Shown here: piece after piece, positions 38,397 through 47,692 of the stretch
Numbering within the stretch: position 1 is the first letter of the stretch
How the letters are laid out: every line of letters begins with the position of its first letter
Assembly: GCF_001194135.2 (NCBI RefSeq)
Contig: NC_069001.1
Coordinates: 26,863,028-26,910,719, forward strand
DNA: 47,692 bases
Direction of reading: 5' to 3'
Origin: Octopus bimaculoides
Lineage: Eukaryota
The notes under the pieces: model-generated
Database searches by the model: none
The model's input: the letters and a program-made list of their open reading frames with translations, nothing else
Told to the model about the DNA's origin: nothing
Translations under genes and position numbers: made by a program

Positions 38397-38696
38397 TAGA
38401 TCGCGGTTTCAATTTCTAGACCGGGCGTTGTTGAGTATTTTTTGAGCGAAAACACCTAAAGCCCCACGAGGCTTCGTCAGTGGATGGTGGGCATATCTGC
38501 TGTATTCCTTCACCAAAACTTACTCTAACTCTTTCTTCCTATTTTTGTTGTACCTGTATTTCAAAGGGTCAGCCTTATCATACTCTGTGTCACGCTGAAT
38601 CTCCCCGAGAACTGCGTTAAGGGTACACGTGTCTCTGGAGTGCTCGGCCACTTACACGTTAATTTCACGAGCAGGCTGTTTTGTTGATCGGTGCCA
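38397..38696 (+). mobile_element. SINE family 3, 5'-truncated, with a 3' internal deletion
   Basis: Matches 23867-24245 from GATCGCGGTTTC to GTTGATCGG, then jumps to TGCCA and ends in (TA)n. Confidence 0.9.
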
Positions 38697-38738
<42 letters not shown>

Positions 38739-38745
<7 letters not shown>

Positions 38746-39140
38746 AAGAACAAATAAATCTTCCACAACACCGCCAAATTACACTCAATGGCCACATAGG
38801 CTCTTGCGCCAGAAATAAAAACCCTAAATTCCTTATATTCCCTCTCTGTCAATGTAAAGACAGAATCTGTACACAAGAAAGAATCAAGGAGAATCTTTTT
38901 ATGGAGAAATTCCAAACACTTCTTAACATACAAACTCCTCAGTGACCATATTCCCTTCTCTTGCCTACCCAATGAAATACATATAAATTTACTTCTTGTT
39001 TCTCTAAGAACAGACATAAACTTCCTGTTGACAAAGAGTCCAGAACTCCAACTAAAGAGTATGCAACCCACAGAATTGTCTTCCCTTGCACATACTTCCT
39101 GTTTTTACACCACACTTCCTGCTTAACACATAAACTCTCA
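38739..39140 (+). mobile_element. Penelope-like element 3' fragment: GIY-YIG endonuclease C-terminus plus 3' repeat region
   Basis: VYKEQINLPQHRQITLNGHIGSCARNKNPKFLIFPLCQCKDRICTQERIKENLFMEKFQTLLN* resembles the PLE GIY-YIG tail (H.qqI....R...s.Hi..C.....F.ifP...R..kE..fi.kf.p.LN). A hammerhead relic lies at 39027-39067. Confidence 0.72.
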
Positions 39141-39442
39141 GCCTTTCTTAAACATAACATCATTCTTAATTACAAGCATCCTAATCTTTCTAAAAATTAT
39201 CTACATGGATTACCATTGGACTTTAAAAACTCAAAGACAATATAATGCATTGGTATATTTATTTTTTTCATATGTTTTTATATTTTTGTAAAAAAAAACA
39301 TTATTTTCATTTTCCCTCTTCTTGAAAATTTGCCATGCAAAGAAAGCCGGTTAGAAATCCTAGTAATCCTCCCTATACACATCTATAGTAAAATATGCTT
39401 TCAGTTTAGCATTCTGCCTTATTATTATTATTATTTTCCTAT

Positions 39443-39542
<100 letters not shown>

Positions 39543-40520
39543 GTATATGTGTGTGTGTGTGTGTGTGTAGGCATACATGTATCTAATTATGTATCTATAT
39601 GTGAATATTGATATATGAACAAGAAGGCAGTCTGGACAATTACTGTCGTCGAACCTTCTTTCATTGCACAAACGCTTTTTCTTTTTTTTTTATTTTACGA
39701 GCACTCCGTATTATATCCTTTACTTCCTTGAAAAGAAGTAATAAAATTCTCTTTTGTCCATGTTTTGTAGTTATTTGTACTATCGTCTCATTATTCTTCA
39801 ATAATAACTTTTCGTCTTTAGAGTCGTCTTTTATAAATGTTACATAGAGATTAGAACTCCACTTTTGACATTAAGTTTACTCTCAGGCAAACTTTCGAAG
39901 ATGTATTCTAAATGCAGTCCACCTTTTGTTCTGATTTTGTTAATGAATTCAGCGTTCAAGTGAACTTGTTATAACTAACATATTACATTGACATCTCACT
40001 TCTTTATATCGATTTTCATATTCGGGAGCATTTAGCAACGTTCCAGCTATGAAGAAAATGGGTATATAATATAATTTCAGAAAATTTATTTCGTTTATGC
40101 ATTCCTAACCATGTCTAATTCAATGATATCAAAGTACTTCGAAGACTCTGTTTGTTGTTGTGCTCTTGTTTGTGTTTCTCTATGATATGATATAAGTATT
40201 AGTAACTTATTTTTCTCTAGCACTCTTTCTCTACAAACATGTTACAATTATTTCTCATAAATACGTGAAGTATATGCAGAAGCGTTTTATTGATTCATTA
40301 GAGGCATGACACAACATAAAATCTTTCTCCACCCGACGAAGCACCCAGACACGGCTATTGCTGAATAATATTCAACTATATAGCAATTATAAATAATGAT
40401 TTTGTATAATAACATATGAATATACACTCAACAACTTAGAGCTGGTGTTCGGTGCAGAAAGAATTGTTGCGATCAATGTACTAAAGTCTAATATATTTCA
40501 CCCTCGTATAATTATTTTAT

Positions 40521-40560
<40 letters not shown>

Positions 40561-40563
<3 letters not shown>

Positions 40564-40807
40564 AATAATATTAGGGATAAAAATCCAAATTTACTCGTAA
40601 AAACTCAATTTAATTTAATATATCAAAATTAAAGTTAAATTAAGTTTCACAGTATATAATACATAAATATATAATTTAGAGAAAAGAACCACAATTCCTG
40701 AACTCATCCACTTTGTATTTTATTATAGTTCTTTTTAGTGTTACTTATTATTTTTTTGTATATGTGACTGTGGATTTTCATGAATGATTGAGGAATTGTG
40801 GTTCTTT

Positions 40808-40816
<9 letters not shown>
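40561..40816. repeat. TA-flanked AT-rich repeat with a 22 bp internal inverted duplication
   Basis: AGAGAAAAGAACCACAATTCCT (40678-99) is the exact reverse complement of 40791-40812. (TA)n flanks both sides. Confidence 0.7.
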
Positions 40817-40851
<35 letters not shown>

Positions 40852-40886
40852 CGAAATGATAGCGCTAAGTAGTATTTAGGCTTATA

Positions 40887-40995
40887 CAAAATTTAGGTTA
40901 GTTAAAATATATTTCTGACATACATCAACTGCAGTGTATTTGCCTTTTAGCTGTTGAAATATGTCATAAGCATATTTTAACTAACCTAAATTTTG
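40887..40995. mobile_element. 109 bp MITE-like hairpin
   Basis: Perfect 24 bp TIRs CAAAATTTAGGTTAGTTAAAATAT (40887-910) and ATATTTTAACTAACCTAAATTTTG (40972-995), plus internal TGACATA/TATGTCA and TCAAC/GTTGA pairs. Confidence 0.65.
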
Positions 40996-41458
40996 CATAT
41001 ATATATGCAGAGAAAGAGAGGGGGAGAGAGAGACACACACAGATACTGAGAGAGCGAACGTATTTGTCAGTGAGAGAGTTTTCTCTCCTCATGGAGTATT
41101 TATTTTAATGCAGTAAATCCAGCCTGGTTTAAGTTGGTAAAATATTTCAACATCAGGCAGATACGAAGCTGAAATTATATGACTTTTGAGGAAGATGATT
41201 CCACAGTTCGATAGTGTTAGTTCCTCTAAGTCCCTCTTTTGTTTGTATTTGAAATATTTCTTACCATTTAGTCATAAGGTATTAAGCAGTATTTATGTTT
41301 CTTTACGCAAGGGGAATGTCTATTGTTTGCACGTGGGAAAAACCAGTTAAAAGCTTTCCGATAAACAATGCCATGATGAAGCACTTTTATTTTGCAACAT
41401 TGCTTATTTTTCGGAGCAGAAAACACCACGTTGATTTTTTCACGTTAACCGATCTGTA

Positions 41459-41489
<31 letters not shown>

Positions 41490-41825
41490 CAACAACAGTA
41501 GTAGTAGTAGTAGTAGTAGTAATAGTAGTAAGAAGAAGAAAGATAAAGAACAACAGCAACAACTACAAGAGCAGGAGGAGTAGAAGATGCATCGCTTCTG
41601 ATTGAGGTACAATGCCTGTTAATTTCAAAGGAGGAAGTGAGTCGTTAAAGCTATACTCAGTGTTAAACGAGTACATTATATTTTCGATTCCTTATGAATT
41701 CAAATCTAATTTGACTTGGAACGTAGAGCGCTACAGATGAAAGCAGCATACTTAACGAAGCTCCAAATTTGGGGATATTTATTATTATTGTCATTATTAT
41801 TATTATTATCATTATTATTATTATT

Positions 41826-42353
41826 GAGTGAGCAAGCAGCATATGCCATCAAAGTGACACTGGGGTATAAATATAAGAAGCCCAGTATCCCCATCTTAAC
41901 TATCCGTCTGATAAGCGTACACTAGGCACATGCCTCAAAACCATATGTGCGCGACATGGTGACCTCATATCAAGATGAACAGCGCATGACCTTGTAGATG
42001 AGGTCCAGTTATAATTTTATTCATGCTGAGTAGCCCATCCTACTGAAATGGTCCCTGAATAAGGGTTGTTTAAGGATGTTGAAATGTTCAAACCCCAAAT
42101 AATTCCTCTCAACACGTGTCTACTATATTCCCCCACTGATGCTCGTTATCAGAGATACACATATCGTCAGCCACTAAGGAACATGCTCATATGGTTAAAG
42201 TCAATCAACTGACAACCAAATCTGTGGTGTTGAGCAGAATATTTGCTGTAGCCCATCTTTTATACCGAGCCAAATAAATGTACACGATAACACTTCCAGT
42301 CAGTTAAGATCAAAAGCCATGAGAGCCACTGCCTGGTACTGCATCAGGGCATT
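41826..42353 (-). mobile_element. ~540 bp interspersed element embedded in (TAA)n, copy 2
   Basis: Same termini as 21138-21682 (GAG.GAG..AGCAG...ATGCC.TCAAAG.GACACTGGGGTA at one end, CATCAGGGCATT at the other) with a short internal deletion. Confidence 0.8.
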
Positions 42354-42403
42354 ATTATTAAGATCATTATTATTGTTGTTGTTGTTGTTGTTGTTGTTAT
42401 AAA

Positions 42404-42578
42404 GGCGGCGAGCTGGCAGAATTGTTAACCCGCAATATGCTTAGCGGCCTTTCATCCGTCTTTATGTTCTGACTTCCAGTTACGCACTGAGGTCGATGTA
42501 ATTGACTTGACCCCTTCCCCAAAATGTCAGGACTAGTAGAAAAGATCATTACTATAATTATTATTATTATTATTACTA

Positions 42579-42612
<34 letters not shown>

Positions 42613-43845
42613 GGGACTGAGCTCTCAGAATTGTTAGCAATATACTCGGTGGTATTTCGTTCCCGTGTGTGTTCTGAGCTCAGAGTCCACCTAAGTCGAC
42701 TTTGCCTTTCGTCCCTTTGAGGTCGATAAAATAAGTACCGATTGAACTCTAGTGTTGATGTTATCCTTTAGCCGCCTACCCCAGAAGTTCAGTCCTTGCA
42801 CTTATATAAAGAAGGATTATTATTTTTATTGGTATGGCCGTTAGAACTTCACAGTATATTCTGTGTTATATTCTCCGACACTTTTTGCGCTACAGCTACG
42901 GCTGATGTCATCTTTGCATTTCCTGGGGTCAACTATATACAATGAGGCTATCATTCTCGTGACTAATGTTAATATCATTATAAAGGCAGGGAGCTTGGAG
43001 AATATTGAGAACGCCAGATAAAGACCATGGGGGCATTTATTCCGGCTTCATGTTCTGTGTTTAAATGTCTCCGAAGTCGATTGTGCCTTTCATCGTTTCA
43101 GGGTAAGGAACATTTGAGCATTAGAGTGAATGTATTCGACTTAACCCGCTTCTCGAGTTGCTGGCCTTGTTATGTTTTTAAACACCGAGATCGACTTTCT
43201 TTCATTCTTTAGGGGACGATAAAATAAAGACTAGTAAAACGCTGGGGATCGATGTAATCCACTACACCCCCCCCCAAATTCCAAGCTTTGTGTCTATAGT
43301 AGAAACGATTATTATTATTATTATTATTATCATTATTATAAAGGGGGTCAGCTGGCAGAATCGTTAGCACACCGAGTGAAATGCTTAACGGTATTTCGTC
43401 TGTCGCTACATTGTGAGTTCAAATTCCGCCGAGGTCGACTTTGCCTTTCGTTCGTCGGAATCGATAAATGAAATGCCAGTTAAGTACTAGGGTTGATGTG
43501 ATTGACTGCCCCCTCCCCACAAAATCCAGGCCTTGTGCCTACAGTGGAAACGATTATTATTATCATTATTATTATCATTATTATTATCATTATTATTATC
43601 ATTATTATTATCATTATTATTATCATTATTTTGACGGATTTGGATTGTCAGCAGCAGCAGTATAGAATCTACTTACGGCACTTAAGCCTCAGGGTTCAAC
43701 TCCGCCAAGGTCGCCTTTAACATTGATTAGTCCGGAGTTGATAAAGGAGAAAGTACCAGACAAAGACGGAAGTTGATGGAATCGACCTAGACTATGACAC
43801 GCCGAACTTGTGGCTTTGTGCCTAAGTTAGAAACTATTAGCATTT
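42404..43845 (+). mobile_element. Train of about six head-to-tail SINE family 1 copies separated by (TTA)n/(TCA)n tails
   Basis: Heads or cores at about 42404, 42613, 42984, 43181, 43343 and 43660, all on the + strand and of different divergence. Confidence 0.8.
43554..43630. repeat. (TATTATTATCAT)n 12 bp minisatellite, about 6 units
   Basis: Read directly; it gives YYYH repeats in the ORF track. Confidence 0.9.
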
Positions 43846-44596
43846 ATTATTATCATCATTATTATTATCATCATCATCATCATCATCATTTTCTGTCAGT
43901 GTTGTTGGCGGACTTTTGATCTTATGAAGACGCTTGTTAACCGTGAAATTAGTTTTCATATTCGACAAAGTCCAAACGGCTTTGTTTCGCCTGACACTGA
44001 AATTTGAAGAGCAAGCAAGAATCTCTGAGAACCAGCATGCGGATACCTAAATAGCAATATATATATATATATATATATATATATNNNNNNNNNNNNNNNN
44101 NNNNNNNNNNNNNNNNNNNNNNNNNNNNNNNNNNNNNNNNNNNNNNNNNNNNNNNNNNNNNNNNNNNNNNNNNNNNNNNNNNNNNNNNNNNNNNNNNNNN
44201 NNNNNNNNNNNNNNNNNNNNNNNNNNNNNNNNNNNNNNNNNNNNNNNNNNNNNNNNNNNNNNNNNNNNNNNNNNNNNNNNNNNNNNNNNNNNNNNNNNNN
44301 NNNNNNNNNNNNNNNNNNNNNNNNNNNNNNNNNNNNNNNNNNNNNNNNNNNNNNNNNNNNNNNNNNNNNNNNNNNNNNNNNNNNNNNNNNNNNNNNNNNN
44401 NNNNNNNNNNNNNNNNNNNNNNNNNNNNNNNNNNNNNNNNNNNNNNNNNNNNNNNNNNNNNNNNNNNNNNNNNNNNNNNNNNNNNNNNNNNNNNNNNNNN
44501 NNNNNNNNNNNNNNNNNNNNNNNNNNNNNNNNNNNNNNNNNNNNNNNNNNNNNNNNNNNNNNNNNNNNNNNNNNNNNNNNNNNNACACATTTATGC

Positions 44597-44641
<45 letters not shown>

Positions 44642-45469
44642 ACACATATATAATATAAATGCACATATTCATATATTTATATACATATATAAATATATTC
44701 ATTTCTCTCTCTATCTCTATGTATGTATGTATGCATGTATGTACATGCATACATACATTTGTTTGCGTGTGTGTATGTGTGTTTGAGAGTGTTTGTGTTT
44801 TCCGCCATATGCGTATGTGTGTACAGACAGATAAAGAGATTGATATACATACGTGTGTCTCTGCAAGCATGTGTGTGCACAACGTGTCTGCGTATATCTG
44901 TCTGTCTGCGTGTGTGCTATATTCATGATTATTGAAAATTGGCAATTAAACGAGAAAAACCAGTCTCTATACAATAGATAATCTAGTTCCTTACCATGTG
45001 CCTTGTTATTAGTCCAACTGTCAAGTATGTTTGATTATATCTGATGCCGTCATCCGTAGAAATCTCTTTCATTGCCAGATTAACTTGAGTACAAATTTAA
45101 GAAACTATAAGTCACAAATTTACTTTATAACATCTTTCTTTTCGACTGTCTGCTTCCTCTTCCATTTTTTCTCTTTCATCATTCTTCCTTACATCAGCTA
45201 ATTTGATGACATTAGTTTGCAATTATATATTATATAGCTTCAGGGCTACCAGTATGAATGGGTGTATTTACTGTCATATTTCATTAGATTTCTAGTTCTG
45301 AAATTATGTCAGTCTACCCACTCGTAGATATTTACATAAACGCCGGAGTTTTAATGGTGGCAGCTGATGAAGGAGATGTTTCTATGTGGCCTGCGTGTTT
45401 GTTGCACCTTGTTTACAATTTTTTCCTTGTTCTTTTGCCACGTCNNNNNNNNNNTACTCATATATTGTT

Positions 45470-45500
<31 letters not shown>

Positions 45501-45522
45501 AAACATGTATATATACATACAT

Positions 45523-45566
<44 letters not shown>

Positions 45567-46789
45567 TATATGTATGTATATATATATATATGTATATCAT
45601 ATTTTTCACTTCATGTACATACATGTAAATGTATACACACATGCTTGTTTCTTCCTGTCTGAATTTGTATATTATCTATAAATCAATCTCTCGCCCTCTG
45701 TCCAACTTTTCTGTTCTCTTCCAGCATGTTTTGCATATATGTGTATGCATCTGTGCGTGTTTTCTGTCTGTGTGTATGTACGCTCACGCATGCGTATGTA
45801 TGTCTGTAAAATTATCTAGCTATGTGTATATATATAGATGTACGTACCCATGCACTCATTCATACATTTATATACATACATAAATGTGTGTGTGTGAATA
45901 CGTACACACGTATGTAGGATTAGGGAGTTAGTAACATCAATTGCTAATAATGCGAAAAAATTCAATATTATATCTACCCAAAAGCTAAGATTCCGACATA
46001 TTTACAGTTCCCTCTTTGAGAGAAAAGTATTGCACACTTATTTCTATATTTGCTATTCGTGTTATAGAACAAAATAGGCAACAAAGAGATTTAAGTAGAA
46101 TAACTACATTTCAAACAATTTGTATAGTCTTAAGCTGATTTAGAATGACGAATATATTTCTATTCTTTAAAGCATATATATTTGTTTGGTAAGTATGTTC
46201 CTGTTGTGTTCCGAAATATTATTCCAGTGTTTTCAAGGATTTATTTTATTTTGAGATTTAAGCAATGGAATTTTACTTTATTTTTGAACTCTTTTGAATA
46301 TAACTTATAATGGAGCTTATGGAAATGTAGCTATATTTGTAAAATAAACAGACCGGTTCTTCCTCTAAAATCTCTCAAATCTTCACATAATAATGCATAT
46401 GGCATACTGCTTTATACATCAGACATATCTCTCTATTAATGAAACAGAAGAAACTCATGTCTCACCCCATTGCGTCACCCACCGGCAGTTTCAAATGATG
46501 AATTATAAAGTTAGACAGAGAAAGTGATGTATGTTCAGCCGACTCTGAGCGTGTACGTTTTTTTTTATCCCATCTTCGCATTTGGGATTTAACAATAATA
46601 ATAAATGGGGCGGCTTTTAAGCTAGCTCCTATGGAGGGCTTTTCATTGGGTCTTGGGCCCAACAATGACATTGAGTACATATTAAATTTTATTTAACTTG
46701 AACAATATTTTGTCGAGCAATGAACCATTTTCCTTAAAACAATGATATCGACTTGGAATTATTAATGATGTCGACTTGGAACTTATTAC

Positions 46790-46963
46790 TAAGCTGGATG
46801 ATAAACAATTTTTTTTTGTCTTCCCATTCGGGGTCAGTGCAAATAGCTTGTTTCCGATCCCTACCCTTGAACAACCAACATACAGCTGGCCGTAAGGAAC
46901 AATAAACTTACCTTTTAAAAGTTCAACGATAATTCTACTGCCGCCACATAAATTTAAAGACAA
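46790..46963 (-). mobile_element. Helitron RepHel (PIF1-like helicase) C-terminal relic, internally deleted
   Basis: LCGGSRIIV (cf. LCNGTRLIV) is fused to YGQLYVGCSRVG..LFALTPNGKTK, and after a 1 nt slip in the A run it reads KIVYHPA* (cf. HGQLYVACSRVG..L...GKTKNIVY). Confidence 0.8.
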
Positions 46964-47601
46964 CTGGATTTACGTAGGGCCTTATTTTTCGTAAAAGCTA
47001 TCATTTGTAGTAGCTGGTACGTATCTAAACTCCTATTCGTATTTTGAAGGAACATTAAACCATTGTCGCTAAACACTATTTTAAAGTGTGGTTTCTATGG
47101 TTTGGAATTGCTCTAAATGTATTTGAGCATAAAGATGTTTGAAATTTAGTATTTTTTTGTATATTTTAAGGTAATAATATGATTAGTCGAATCTACTTTC
47201 AAGCAGTTCGAGTACGCTAAGTTTCCATAGATCCGATGGCCGATGGCATGAAAATAGGTCCGTCAAATTTTGTTAGTCTCTGAAAAAGTACTAAGTTTCC
47301 AACATTATAATGGTAGAGAGTTATGAGAGATAATAATGTATGAGAGAGTGAGTTCAATACGTATTTCAGTTCCGAACGTTATGAAGCCCGTTCTATGGTT
47401 CAATTACTTTATAGAGTCATAATATTCAGAAAGATTTATTCAAAATGTTTATTTTGGAAATTACTTTTGGAAATGATTATAATATTTAGAGAAATATTGC
47501 TTTCCAAATGAAGATTAGTAGAGGTGTCATTGAATAGTGAGAGAGGGAGCCAGGGGAATAAAGTTGAAAAAGTGTGACACACTGACATTCGCTTTCGCAT
47601 C

Positions 47602-47679
<78 letters not shown>

Positions 47680-47692
47680 GAGTGAATATATA

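Noticed and set aside
39335-39420. GAAAGCCGGTTAGAAATCCTAG, possible further hammerhead/PLE remnant
   Set aside because: No identifiable core or stems remain in this copy.
42404-43845. Repeat-spacer-like periodicity reminiscent of a CRISPR array
   Set aside because: The units are ~200 bp diverged SINEs with microsatellite tails in eukaryotic DNA, and there are no cas genes.

Overview
This is AT-rich, microsatellite-dense eukaryotic DNA from a gapped short-read-type assembly, with ten N gaps, most abutting simple repeats. The repeat families look like those of an octopus or related cephalopod (inference from recognition, not a database search). No host protein-coding gene, RNA gene or CRISPR array is supportable, and most of the supplied ORFs are translations of (TA)n/(CA)n/(TTA)n tracts or of N gaps. 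The window is a graveyard of mobile elements: at least three SINE families (some with TSDs, two nested insertions and a train of about six head-to-tail copies), two R4/Dong-type RLE LINE fragments sitting in different microsatellites (TA vs TAA), a ~540 bp element found twice inside TAA arrays, a Penelope-like GIY-YIG fragment, two internally deleted mariners, a Helitron 3' terminus, a Helitron helicase relic and a 109 bp MITE-like hairpin. The most interesting signals are three decayed hammerhead-ribozyme-like motifs tied to TA-flanked Penelope-type repeats (one a near-perfect fold-back), and the apparent partitioning of microsatellite landing pads among retroelement families. I do not see a clearly novel multi-gene system.
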